Below are positions 17,133 through 26,851 of a stretch of 64,000 bases of DNA, one piece after another. Both the position numbers and the translations under genes were made by a program. Each line of letters begins with the position of its first letter. The stretch's first letter is position 1. The notes under the pieces are model-generated. The model was not told the DNA's origin. It saw only the letters and a list, made by a program, of their open reading frames with translations, and did no database searches. Source of the DNA: Pirellulales bacterium (GTDB lineage Bacteria > Planctomycetota > Planctomycetia > Pirellulales > PALSA-1355); NCBI GenBank assembly GCA_022844125.1, contig JALHMI010000004.1, positions 226,777 to 290,776 of the forward strand. Direction: 5' to 3'.

Positions 17133-18551
17133 TCAACGGTCTCGCTTAAGCAACACGGTCTGCCCGGATTCCATGTATATCGGAAGAAACTCCTCGCCGA
17201 GCGGAGTAGCAAGGAACTGAGTCAATGCCACACGGGCTCCAATCAAGGCGGGCGTATGGCCGCAGTCCTCGACGATGATCACGCCCCCTGGCACGATCCT
17301 CGGGCCGAGCTTGCCGAGTCCCGCAGCCACGGCTTCGTACATGTCGACGTCGAGATTCGCGATCGCAATCTGTTGAATCGTGTCAGGGAGCGGCTCGCTG
17401 ATGATGTTGGCCTTGACGACATGTACCGTCGACGGATCTGCGCTGCGGCTCTGCAAATGACGCTCGACAAATTCGCGGCCCGGCGTCGCGTGGCTGCCAA
17501 CCCACATTTGATCCGCACTCGCATGTGCCTCGGGATAGTTGAATCCGTCAAATACGTCAAAGTAGAAGCCTCGTCTCTGCATACCACTGTTCCGCATATA
17601 GCTGATTGCTACGGCCGCACTGCTGCCGTAGTAGGTGCCAACTTCGACATAGTCGCCGGGCAGATGCGCAGTCAAGTCGATCCACTGGACAATGTTCAGG
17701 AAGTCGGCCTCGTCCCACTTGCAGATTCCTTCCGCACTTTGCCGGAAGAACTCCTCGCGCAGCACCTCCCAAACCGTAGGCGTTACGTGCCAGTACTTGG
17801 CGCGTCGCTCGGTCGATGACACCGAGACAAACTCGCCACCGTTGGCAATGACGTGCGCGATGTACCGTTCGCCAATGTGGTCCATTTCACAGGCGTAAAA
17901 GAAAACGCAGTGCTTCAGGTCAAAGCCTTGGAACGCTTCCTCGATATTCCGGCCATCGCACAATATCCCCTCACCGATCGCATCGAGATGCTCGCTACGA
18001 TCGGATAGAAGCACGACTTGCTTGTCCGTTTTGCGGGCTTGCAGCAGGACAAATCCATCACGCACTTCGGTGCTGTCGCATCGTGGCCGAAAGAAGGCAG
18101 TGGCGGTGGCCAGGTAGCCATTCAGTTCGCGAAGATGGTAGTCAGTCAACGCCTTTCTGCCAGAGTCGAGAAACGCCGCGATCTCAAACGCATATCGAGA
18201 GGCCTGAGTCGCGCAAGACGCTTTCGAATGTGCATCCATAGCAAGTGGCTGTTGCACATGGAATTCCACCCTGGCTTGCGCAAAAAGGCGAATTCCCAAA
18301 TTATCGTACAGTTCCGCACCCGCCCACGCGGAGCCAACGTGATCAGCGATGGAACGTGCAATCGACTCCCAATTATCGCAGGGGTAGACGGCCAGCGACC
18401 ACGCGAGACGCTGTTTTGCATCTGTTGGCAGGCAAGAGAACGCCGTCACCGACTGACTGGCGTCAATGCGTTGCAGCAGGTTGAGGAGTTCGTCGAGGTA
18501 GACTTGCGGAGCCATAGAATGTTCTTGAACGACGTCGTCTTTTGTAGGCAT
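17133..18551 (-). CDS. Class I SAM-dependent methyltransferase (TylF/macrocin-O-MT-like C-terminal domain) with an uncharacterised N-terminal domain of about 230 aa
   Basis: This is a 472-aa ORF. The C-terminal half reads VEVGTYYGSSAAVAISYM...IANLDVDMYEAVAAGLGKLGPRIVPGGVIIVEDCGHTP, which is TylF-like. Confidence 0.6.
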   Translation of the reverse strand: MPTKDDVVQEHSMAPQVYLDELLNLLQRIDASQSVTAFSCLPTDAKQRLAWSLAVYPCDNWESIARSIADHVGSAWAGAELYDNLGIRLFAQARVEFHVQQPLAMDAHSKASCATQASRYAFEIAAFLDSGRKALTDYHLRELNGYLATATAFFRPRCDSTEVRDGFVLLQARKTDKQVVLLSDRSEHLDAIGEGILCDGRNIEEAFQGFDLKHCVFFYACEMDHIGERYIAHVIANGGEFVSVSSTERRAKYWHVTPTVWEVLREEFFRQSAEGICKWDEADFLNIVQWIDLTAHLPGDYVEVGTYYGSSAAVAISYMRNSGMQRRGFYFDVFDGFNYPEAHASADQMWVGSHATPGREFVERHLQSRSADPSTVHVVKANIISEPLPDTIQQIAIANLDVDMYEAVAAGLGKLGPRIVPGGVIIVEDCGHTPALIGARVALTQFLATPLGEEFLPIYMESGQTVLLKRDR

Positions 18552-18620
18552 ACTACTGCCACTTTGTCGTTGTCTACTGTTTTAGTGACGTCTAACAACT
18601 ATTTATTCAGGAGATGATTT

Positions 18621-19139
18621 ATGAAACTACTGTATGGGTATCTCATGGCTGTCACCGTCTTTCTAGCCGGTGGAGGCACTGCAAGTGCCCAGTCGACCTA
18701 CGGAGACATGTGGACGCAACAGGCCGAGAAGTCAGGTTTGTTTTCTCCGCACGTCAACAACTGCGACAGCAGCACGGAGGTATTTATTGCAGTCGACGCT
18801 GGATCGACTTTGGGTTACTGCATCGAGAAGAATGAACGGAGTGCTGCAATCTGGGTCAACGCGAAGGCAACCTGTGCCTCGGTAGGGAAGCGACTTCCCG
18901 AGCCGGCAGAGTTCTCGTACGCGTGCAAGAATCCTCCAGGAGGCCTGAGCAATATGACTGGCAATGGTGAATGGGTATCCAACAATGCCATTCCACTGTA
19001 CGGGGCGTCCGCCGCAGACTACATCGCTGTCCCTCACATGGGCTACGACGGCTGCGCGCGAGGTGGCTATGGCGCAGTAGCAACTAACTTTCACCCCAAC
19101 GGCTCTGAGGATTCTCTGGCGTTTCGGTGTGTGAGATAG
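18621..19139 (+). CDS. Secreted Cys-containing hypothetical protein
   Basis: It has an N-terminal signal peptide MKLLYGYLMAVTVFLAGGGTASAQS and six Cys in the mature part. No family is recognised. Confidence 0.55.
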   Translation: MKLLYGYLMAVTVFLAGGGTASAQSTYGDMWTQQAEKSGLFSPHVNNCDSSTEVFIAVDAGSTLGYCIEKNERSAAIWVNAKATCASVGKRLPEPAEFSYACKNPPGGLSNMTGNGEWVSNNAIPLYGASAADYIAVPHMGYDGCARGGYGAVATNFHPNGSEDSLAFRCVR

Positions 19140-19159
19140 AGCATCACGACACTCGTCAA

Positions 19160-19186
19160 GGGAAGGGCAAATAAATTGCCCTTCCC
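19160..19186 (+). terminator. Strong hairpin downstream of 18621..19139
   Basis: The arms gggaagggcaa and ttgcccttccc form an 11-bp perfect stem with a 5-nt loop (ataaa), 20 nt after the stop codon. No U-run follows. Confidence 0.45.
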
Positions 19187-19568
19187 ACAATGCCGCAAAT
19201 GAGCCAGATGAGCATTGCAGTGTGACGACGGAAGTCTGAGGTGGCTCCCAGCACCTGTTCAGTGATTGGAGTCACCAAAGTCGGTCGAGCCTGCCTCAAG
19301 CGAGACGTTGTGAGACATCGCCCCCTACTTCCCGAGAATTAGAATTCTCAGGCCGCAACATACCGGAATCATTGAGCGTTTTAGTACATAGTTTGGATTG
19401 GCGCTGTCGCGCAGGCCATCGGCGCGACTGAACTCGGAACCGTTCCGAGGTTGCGGCACTCGCACGTAGACCCAGATTCCCGAAAAGACCGGTTACGAGG
19501 CAGCCTGTCGGACGTAAGGTAGCCCGCACTCGGCGTTCGACCAACTATGCATCGGTGCTCAGAATCGC

Positions 19569-19880
19569 TTACCAGCTCTGCCTCGCATTGAGGATGCGGA
19601 GCACCTCAATGCGCTCAGAAGACACGCGGTAGAAAACAAGCACCGCCGGAAAGCCGCTGACGAGTCGCCGGAGCCATCATTCAGTCAGGTTGGTCGCGTC
19701 CTAGGAATTGTTTGCTGGGCGGGGCTAGGGCTTCATCCGCCATGCATGGCCGCACGCAGGATGATGTCATCCAGCAGGTCAAAATAGCCGTGCTTCCTTG
19801 CGACGTCGTCGCAGAAATCGCTTCTTGCAATCGGCCTACTCCCGACTGGTATAATCCGAGCAATTTGGCGTCACAGCGAC
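19569..19880 (-). pseudogene. Decayed ParE/RelE-family toxin gene
   Basis: An in-frame 35-codon C-terminal piece with no start codon (19569-19676) reads WLRRLVSGFPAVLVFYRVSSERIEVLRILNARQSW. This is the typical ParE/RelE C-terminus. Upstream pieces that plausibly belong to it (ARSDFCDDVARKHGYFDLLDDII, ALAPPSKQFLGRD) lie in two other frames. Confidence 0.4.
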
Positions 19881-19939
19881 GGCCAGGGCGAGGGAGGCTG
19901 GTCGGACGATTCCCCAACGATTAGATCACGGGGGCGACA

Positions 19940-21508
19940 ATGCACGCGACGAACGGTGCTATCACGGTTGTTGGCGGCGGTATCGCTGGACTCTACTGCT
20001 GCTACCGGCTCGCGCAGCAGGGCCGAAGGGTCGCGCTCTATGAGCATTTGGACCGTCTCGGAGGACGCATCGAGTCCTGGAAGATCGACCACGAACTCTA
20101 CGCAGATTTCGGCCCGATGAGGATCGAGCCCGACTGCCAGCCTCTCTTGGGTCGACTATTGCATGATCTCGAATTCCAGTACAAGCCTTTGGCGGAGGCG
20201 CAGAATGGCGATGTTATCGATTTCAGTGAGTACAGGGCCGCCGAATCGGTTGGAACAACGCCGCGTTTAAGGGAACTCGATGCACAATATACCAATGCGC
20301 TTGCTACCCTGCGCGATGGACTGCTCGCCGTGTGCATGTCAACGAAACGCTCCCTCTGGGGTTCCGCTGCTCGGCGCGAGCTACGACTGATGGCGGATGC
20401 ACATCCGGATATCAGTCGAAAGCCCCAACGATTCGAAGATTTCCTGGCTACGCTAACCACCGACGATTTCGACAGCCTTCGACGACACGGAGAGTTCCGC
20501 GGCACCCCCCTGTGGGACATGGGCTTCTGGAACCTGCTGAGTGATGTCCTGCCCCATGAGGCAATCACGCGAATGCGCGACTACGGTACCTTCTATCACT
20601 TGCTCGGTGATAATCCAAATGCCGTCGAGTGGACCATCTTTTGGCTACGAGCACTCGCCACGAGTCCGCATTTGCGCGGCTTGAAGGGCGGTATGGCGCA
20701 GATCGTAGACCGCTTGGCGCACCGCTTGCAGACGCCGCCGCTAAGCAAGTATGTCAGTATCAAGTCGCGCATGAAGCTCGTGCATGTTGCTCCGGCGCCT
20801 CGTCATCGGCTCCGACTCCGATTTGAAGACGCTGACAAGAAGATCGTCAACGTCACAACAGACCGAGTGATTCTCGCCCTGCCGAAACGCCCGCTTGAAC
20901 ATCTTAGCCAATGCCTGCATGCAATTGAGGGGGACATCGACGCCGTCTTCGGATTCCCGCTGATCAAGTGCTTTTTTGTTATTGACGACCCGTGGTGGAC
21001 CGAGAATCGAGAAGCGAATGAATTCGCCACTGTTGCACCAACCCGCGAATTGCATTGGTGGCTACGCAGCGACGGCAAGAGAGGCGTCGTCATGATCTAC
21101 GCCGATCGACCTGCGGCCCACTTCTGGGCCGATTACTTGCCACGGAACCGTGAGCAGCTGAAGCCGCTGTTTTGGCGCGGTGCTAAGAGCAACAAGCGCC
21201 TCGCGCAGAAGTTCAAGCAATATGTGCTCGCTAACCTCGTGCAGCCCGATGAGTATTCTGATCGGAACCTGCGCGAATGTGGAATTCGCGATTGGAGTCG
21301 CGAGCCCTTTGGCGGAGGTGCCCACGCGTGGCGGCCAGGCAGGAAGTCCTGGGAGGTAATGAGACGACTGGAACAGTTCGCGCTCGTTCCGGGTGGTCCC
21401 CGCAATGTTCATGTTTGTGGCGAGGCCTATTCCGACTACCAAGGCTTTATCGAGGGGGCGCTTCGTTCTGCGGCATCGGTACTCCGCCGGATCGGCGTGA
21501 AGCCCTAG
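19940..21508 (+). CDS. Flavin-dependent amine oxidase family protein
   Basis: It has an N-terminal dinucleotide-binding motif VVGGGIAGLYCCYRLAQQGRRVALYEHLDRLGGRI and a C-terminal VHVCGEAYSDYQGFIEGALRSA. Confidence 0.75.
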   Translation: MHATNGAITVVGGGIAGLYCCYRLAQQGRRVALYEHLDRLGGRIESWKIDHELYADFGPMRIEPDCQPLLGRLLHDLEFQYKPLAEAQNGDVIDFSEYRAAESVGTTPRLRELDAQYTNALATLRDGLLAVCMSTKRSLWGSAARRELRLMADAHPDISRKPQRFEDFLATLTTDDFDSLRRHGEFRGTPLWDMGFWNLLSDVLPHEAITRMRDYGTFYHLLGDNPNAVEWTIFWLRALATSPHLRGLKGGMAQIVDRLAHRLQTPPLSKYVSIKSRMKLVHVAPAPRHRLRLRFEDADKKIVNVTTDRVILALPKRPLEHLSQCLHAIEGDIDAVFGFPLIKCFFVIDDPWWTENREANEFATVAPTRELHWWLRSDGKRGVVMIYADRPAAHFWADYLPRNREQLKPLFWRGAKSNKRLAQKFKQYVLANLVQPDEYSDRNLRECGIRDWSREPFGGGAHAWRPGRKSWEVMRRLEQFALVPGGPRNVHVCGEAYSDYQGFIEGALRSAASVLRRIGVKP

Positions 21509-21532
21509 CATGACTGCGAAACGTAGTGGGGG

Positions 21533-21838
21533 CTAACGGCGCTTACTCCTCGGCACGGCGAGCTGACCCAAATCGCTTGGGCACTCAATGCAAATCATCT
21601 GACCTCGGTACCCAAATACACTCAAGCCTCGCTGGCCGTCCTCCCGCGCTCCTGCAGCAAGAAGCGCACTTCTTGCCGCGTCAAAGTCCTGCGAATCGCG
21701 AAGGTGAAACAGAACAATTTGATATCCATTCTGCTTGCGGTAGATCTGCCCTTCACCAAGGTGGCCTGCCGCATCCGTAACAATTTGGAGAACGTGAACG
21801 ATCGGTTCGGGCGTAAACCCGTATTGACTCAAGTGCAT
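21533..21838 (-). CDS. Hypothetical protein (weak call)
   Basis: About 101 aa counted from MHLSQYG. No motif is recognised, and it overlaps the region of integrase decay. Confidence 0.25.
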   Translation of the reverse strand: MHLSQYGFTPEPIVHVLQIVTDAAGHLGEGQIYRKQNGYQIVLFHLRDSQDFDAARSALLAAGAREDGQRGLSVFGYRGQMICIECPSDLGQLAVPRSKRR

Positions 21839-21849
21839 AGGCCTCCGTG

Positions 21850-22455
21850 AAAGCAAACATAGACGACGCAGATCCATATATCACAGAGGATGCTGGCATT
21901 GCAACCGGAACACGGCGCATGATCACATGTGGCCGCCGCGTCGTGGCGATCCCGGCCGCGGGCTCGCGGCGGCGAGCCGGTCGGTCGAGCGCATCTTTGG
22001 TGGCTGCGATAGCTCGCCGCCTCCGCATACGCAGGGACAAACGCCCGCATCGATAACGAGCTTCTCCATCTCGCCGCTGCAGTCATCTTTCACCGAAACT
22101 ACTGATTCGGGTTTTGTCCGTAGGCTCTTACCTTGACGGCGCCATCCAAGCCACGCGGATCGGAGACGCGAATGAGTCTTCCCTATTCCGCACGATCAGC
22201 AACCAAGGGCGAATTACCGAGTTACTGACCGCAGTATGACCAGGAGTGATGCCATTCGCATCGTGAAGCGTCGGGCGCAGCCCGAAGGTCTCCCCAGGTC
22301 AATCTGCTGCCACACCTTTCGAGCTACGGGATCACTGATTACCTGCAGTAAGGCGGAATGATTGAAAACGCCCAGTTAAGCGTCGCTCGCGAGTCACCGC
22401 AGACGACCGAGCGAATGACAAGATCACATGGATGAGGTCTAGCGGATTCTTATTT
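21850..22455 (+). pseudogene. Decayed tyrosine recombinase (phage-type integrase), C-terminal catalytic region broken by stops and frameshifts
   Basis: Pieces lie in three frames. They read ...SYLDGAIQATRIGDANESSLFRTISNQGRITELLTAV*, then MTRSDAIRIVKRRAQPEGLPRSICCHTFRATG, then ITDYLQ*GGMIENAQ...ESPQTTE, then DKIT..DEV*RI. Together they follow the LFRTI...CHTFRATGIT.YL.NGG.LE.AQ...H.S.RTT.LYDR...DEVERI pattern of a widespread integrase family. Confidence 0.55.
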
Positions 22456-22457
22456 GG

Positions 22458-25313
22458 CTACTGGGTTGTCGGGCAACGACGCCGTTGTCGCCAGAATACG
22501 ATCGCTACGATCGCTCCCCCACAGGCGGCCAGCAGCCATGTCGAGGGCTCAGGCACCTGAGTAACGAACACACCCTGATAACCGTCTGTGAACAGCGCAT
22601 AGTACGCGACTTGACCGGCGTCGTTGAAGCCGCTGCGTCTGCCGTCGCCACCGCCGGCATTCCCCAGGAAGTCGAGCGCGGCGACCGTTCGGAATACTCC
22701 ATCGGAGGTCTCCAGAACATCGCCTTCGGCAACGACGAGGTTGAGTTGATTCGGAGTGGTTGCCACCCACAGGCTGTCACGATAGTCGTCGCCGCTCGAC
22801 AGATCCGCCATGAATGCCACGTGCCCAAGTGCATTAAGTGCTGGAAAACGAGATGGAAAAAGAAACCCCTCTGGGTCTGCATGGCCACCGAATCCCCCGA
22901 AGTTAGAGTCCGTTCCCGGCGCGGCCATGCCCTCGAATGCAATAACCTCTAGTCCGCCGAGCGAATCGGCGATCCATAGTCCGCTCAGCGATTCCGATGG
23001 GCTCGAACCGACTTCTCCAACAAATGCATTGTGCCCACCATCACCAAGAAGTGGGCCGTTCACACCGAATCCGATAAATGGCAGGTCACCTGCCAATCCA
23101 GGTGCTGCCATGCCGGCCGCGGCGATTAGCTGCAACTGGCCACTGCTGTCGGACCAGATGCCTTGCTTGAGTTCCAATTCGCCAGGGCTTTCCACGAGAG
23201 ATTGGAACGACACCTGCCCTTGACCATTGATGACTGAGTCTCTCGAAAACCCTTGATAGGACGCGCCCTCAGGAAATCCAGTTGCTTGCTCCCCCGCTCG
23301 CGCGACAACCCGCAGCAACCCTCCAGCGTTCGTCAGAACTGATGCAACATCGTCAACAGACGCAGTGAACGCGATTTCGCCTCCACTGTTGACGCTTGGT
23401 CGTAAGAGTCGACTGATCAACCCGTCACCGGGATCATTCGGCACGTGATCGTCTGGGCTGACAATACTATGCAAGCCGCCGGCATCGGTTCGGATCGCTC
23501 CCCCACCGGTGTTATTGAAGTAAAGGTGTCCTGCACCATCAAGGACAGGATAGAGAGGCAGCCTCGACACAGGGTCAGGTAGGTTGCCAGTGGGTAATGC
23601 AAGGCTCGATACGACCATCGACAAATCTTGGCCACCGTGATCGGACCAGATTGCGCTGAATCCGGACGACAAACGCGCAAACAGGGCCGTGGTGCCCGCA
23701 TCGCTAATCAGAGGCTCGGAGTCATAGCTGACGCTCGTGGGATTGAGAAGAAAGGGGCCGAAATTCGACGTAGTTCCCGGTGCCGGTGTATTTTGGCGCG
23801 CGAGCAACCTGAGGCCAGTTCCGCCGCCTTCGGTGATGATCCCTACATTCGAGCCAAGAACATCGCTCCAACCAGCCGACGCACGAAATGCGGTTTGACC
23901 TAGCTCGTTGATTACCGGTGCTCCCCACTCGTAGCTGCGAAATGACCCGCCATTCTGGAACAACGCATTCCCTAGCTCACCTGACGCATCAAGAGGCGCC
24001 TGCTGACCAGTGATTGCCACGACGCGAAGATTGCCCCGCTCCGCGAGCGAAGGAACTTCGCTTGCATAAGACTGGTTGGATATGCACGCGGCGAACAGCA
24101 AGGCGGACGCCGTCGCGCGCCCTCGGCGGATCGACCGCATTCGACGCCATAGAAGGACCGCGGGGGCTCCGAGGATCGCCAAAAAGAGGCTTGAAGGTTC
24201 CGGCACAGTGGCCACCCACGCTTCGGTTTGACCAGCAGGATTGAAGCCCCATCCAACGATCGTTCTACCGTCGGCCGAAATGTCTGTCGCCTCGCTGATA
24301 GTCCAGCCATCCAAACCCGGCACGTGATGGTTGATCAATAGCTCATGCAGACCGACCATGCCGGTAGTCTCTGTCCAATAGTAAGGCTGAAAGCCAGACG
24401 GTGAGTCGGTTTGGCCGATCACCGTCATTCCGTTTGCTGACATAGCCGCGACACCACTTTGCATCGTGCCGCCCAGCGCGCCGAGCAGCACCAGGTCGCC
24501 TTCGGAAGTGACAAGAAATGCCTCATCGGGGCCGTTGGTGAGGTCTTGCCGGCCCAAACCGCCGATGATTGACCCGTCAGCGGACATTGCTGTTGCAAAT
24601 CGTGGGACGAAACCATCGGAACTTGAGTTGATGAGCTGCTGAATTCCCGATGCACTTTCCCACAGGAAGGCGCGAAGTCCCCCACCGTTGCTGGCCCCGA
24701 CGATAACATCTCCATTGGCGGAGATCGCATAAGCGTCGCTGTACACACCTCCGCCGGGCAGGTCGCCAAGTGCGACGAATCCGTTCGTCTCGTCCCAACG
24801 AAATGCCATGGGGAAGTACTGGCTGGGAGGCCATCCACCACCAAAAGTTGCAGTCCCCGCAATCACCGACCCGTCTGCCGACACGTCCCGGACTTGAAAT
24901 CCATTGCTTCCCGGAATGAATCCGAGATCGACCATCCCTTCTTCTATGGACCATCGAAACGGTCTTGTGCCCGAGACCCCAACGACAACCGCGCCATCCT
25001 GCGAAACTCCGTTCGCACCGCTTGCGCCATCCGAGCCGGACAGAACTCCCAGGCCAACCATACCCTCGTCGGCAGACCAGCGAAACGCTTCAAAGCCGCC
25101 GACTTCTGACCAACTCTCTCCTACGATCACCTTCCCGTCCGCGGAAATACGCTGGGCAAGGCTTGCAAACCCGCCACCGGGCAGGTCTCCCAATGGAGTG
25201 AATGAGAATGTTGCGGCGTGCAGCGGAGTTGTTATCAACAACATTGCGACGATGAGGAGCCAGGTCGACCTGGATAATCCGCAGGTGCTTATCGTGTTCC
25301 GAGTGGAGTTCAT
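22458..25313 (-). CDS. Surface protein made of two in-frame PEP-CTERM modules (HAF-repeat module + NxxGxxAF-repeat module)
   Basis: The likely start MNSTRNTISTCGLSRSTWLLIVAMLLITTPLHA at 25313 is a signal peptide. HAF-like repeats follow (GDLPGGGFASLAQRISADGKVIVG and others). An internal PEP-CTERM signal VPEPSSLFLAILGAPAVLLWRRMR sits at aa 467-490 of the track ORF. It is followed directly by a second signal-peptide-like segment MRSIRRGRATASALLFAACISNQSYA, whose Met codon is at 24138-24140. Six N-x2-G-x2-AF-type repeats come next, and a terminal PEP-CTERM signal VPEPSTWLLAACGGAIVAIVFWRQRRR ends the ORF. Confidence 0.7.
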   Translation of the reverse strand: MNSTRNTISTCGLSRSTWLLIVAMLLITTPLHAATFSFTPLGDLPGGGFASLAQRISADGKVIVGESWSEVGGFEAFRWSADEGMVGLGVLSGSDGASGANGVSQDGAVVVGVSGTRPFRWSIEEGMVDLGFIPGSNGFQVRDVSADGSVIAGTATFGGGWPPSQYFPMAFRWDETNGFVALGDLPGGGVYSDAYAISANGDVIVGASNGGGLRAFLWESASGIQQLINSSSDGFVPRFATAMSADGSIIGGLGRQDLTNGPDEAFLVTSEGDLVLLGALGGTMQSGVAAMSANGMTVIGQTDSPSGFQPYYWTETTGMVGLHELLINHHVPGLDGWTISEATDISADGRTIVGWGFNPAGQTEAWVATVPEPSSLFLAILGAPAVLLWRRMRSIRRGRATASALLFAACISNQSYASEVPSLAERGNLRVVAITGQQAPLDASGELGNALFQNGGSFRSYEWGAPVINELGQTAFRASAGWSDVLGSNVGIITEGGGTGLRLLARQNTPAPGTTSNFGPFLLNPTSVSYDSEPLISDAGTTALFARLSSGFSAIWSDHGGQDLSMVVSSLALPTGNLPDPVSRLPLYPVLDGAGHLYFNNTGGGAIRTDAGGLHSIVSPDDHVPNDPGDGLISRLLRPSVNSGGEIAFTASVDDVASVLTNAGGLLRVVARAGEQATGFPEGASYQGFSRDSVINGQGQVSFQSLVESPGELELKQGIWSDSSGQLQLIAAAGMAAPGLAGDLPFIGFGVNGPLLGDGGHNAFVGEVGSSPSESLSGLWIADSLGGLEVIAFEGMAAPGTDSNFGGFGGHADPEGFLFPSRFPALNALGHVAFMADLSSGDDYRDSLWVATTPNQLNLVVAEGDVLETSDGVFRTVAALDFLGNAGGGDGRRSGFNDAGQVAYYALFTDGYQGVFVTQVPEPSTWLLAACGGAIVAIVFWRQRRRCPTTQ

Positions 25314-25554
25314 TTGTGGAGGTTCCCAAAAAAGGAATTGGCGGCGGTCAGAGTGCACCGCTCCGGTGGAAAGAGGGCGCGGAATCGAGTCGGGGCCAGC
25401 GAAACTGGATCTACCCTGCGCACCAAAAGGGCACAGGTGCGCTACGAATGCGGGGTCGCTCAGTTGACAAGTCGCGGCAATCGGTCCCTTGGCCGCGGTG
25501 GCGCGACAGAGAGAAGGGACACGGAGGTCACTAGCGACTCCAGAAGGAACCAGT

Positions 25555-26664
25555 TCAGCGCGATTGGATGCGCCGTGTGCCTCGCACTCGGCGGGAAACG
25601 ACAATGACGCCTAGGGCGCCGGCTATTGCCAACGCCCAGGAAGTCGGCTCTGGCACGACAGTGGCCACGCGAAATCCGATCCGACCATCCTCTGCAATCG
25701 CGAAATCTGCGTTGCGAGCAGACGCTTGGAGAACTACGTGGGTTCCATCGCCCCACGATCCTCCTCGAATGCCACGGAAATCCGACCCAGAGAAATTGAT
25801 CAGCGCTTCATTCCACTCCCAAACATTCCCGCCCTGGTCGAACGTGCCATAAGGGCTCTGGGAAAGACTGTATGCACCCACCTCTGTAAGGTAATTCTGG
25901 CTCGCGGATGAACTGGGAATACCGGACGCAGCGAACCCATCATCGTATCCGTTTGCGATGCTGTCGTTCTTGAAGAAGTTTCCCGTGTTCGACTGGGAAG
26001 GTGCATCTGCGCCAGGGGGCTGGTCGCTATATGGAGTTGCGTCGGTCGAAGTTGGATAGTCCCAGTAGTTTGCCGTCACGCCGTCATTTTTGTGATAGGC
26101 GGCCTTATACCACTCGTCTTCGGTCGGCAGGAACCACTGAGCTCCAACGCTTCGCGTTACAGCATTCAGCCCTGTGTTCGTGACTGCACCGTTAAGCGAG
26201 TACGCACCTTGTTCTGTGGTACTGGCGTCTTGAGCGCCGGTCGGCTGGCCATTGTGAAGCCAATTTGCAAACCGGGCGGAGTCGCCCCAGCTCACGTAAG
26301 TGACAGGCTTGGACGTGGATCCGATAACGCTATACGAGTAACTGCCCGCTGTGCCACTCCGTGTGATACCGGCCACATTTAGATTGGTCGCCATGGACTC
26401 GTTGTAGAGGCCGTGCGGATCACTGGCGGCAATTGCGTTGAGAAACGCCGTATACTGACCCACCGTTACCTCGTAAGTCCCGATGCGGTACTCGTATGTC
26501 ACACCGCCGGACATGACAACGGGCAGGAAACCTCCTGACAGTTCGCCACCATTCCCGGCGTTCCCGATGACCACCGTATCGATGCTGATAGGTGCAGCAC
26601 TCGCCGCCGTTGGCAAAAGCGCGATCACTCCCAACAACAGGCATTTGGCGTAGCTGCGTTGCAT
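25555..26664 (-). CDS. FGE-sulfatase (SUMF1) domain protein with signal peptide and PEP-CTERM anchor
   Basis: Motifs YRIGTYEVTVGQYTAFLNA, VTYVSWGDSARFANWL and FRGIRGGSW support the domain call. The C-terminus is VPEPTSWALAIAGALGVIVVSRRVRGTRR. Confidence 0.75.
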   Translation of the reverse strand: MQRSYAKCLLLGVIALLPTAASAAPISIDTVVIGNAGNGGELSGGFLPVVMSGGVTYEYRIGTYEVTVGQYTAFLNAIAASDPHGLYNESMATNLNVAGITRSGTAGSYSYSVIGSTSKPVTYVSWGDSARFANWLHNGQPTGAQDASTTEQGAYSLNGAVTNTGLNAVTRSVGAQWFLPTEDEWYKAAYHKNDGVTANYWDYPTSTDATPYSDQPPGADAPSQSNTGNFFKNDSIANGYDDGFAASGIPSSSASQNYLTEVGAYSLSQSPYGTFDQGGNVWEWNEALINFSGSDFRGIRGGSWGDGTHVVLQASARNADFAIAEDGRIGFRVATVVPEPTSWALAIAGALGVIVVSRRVRGTRRIQSR

Positions 26665-26851
26665 TGGCGCGTTCCTGTGTGCGACTTCGAATTAGGGAAT
26701 CTGGGAGAAATACGCCAATTCCCGCTATACCCAGGAAGCGACGTCCATTCCGGAACCGAACAAAGAATTCCAGGAATTGATCCCCGTCGTGCAGGTGGCT
26801 ATTCTTGCTCCTGCCTAACCCACAAGCGTCCAAGAGGTTCGGACAACGGCC

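Noticed and set aside
25314-25604. A 97-aa N-terminal extension of the PEP-CTERM ORF that would overlap the upstream gene
   Set aside because: The extension has no signal peptide and overlaps the 3-prime end of 25555..26664. The internal Met at 25313 is followed by a canonical signal peptide.
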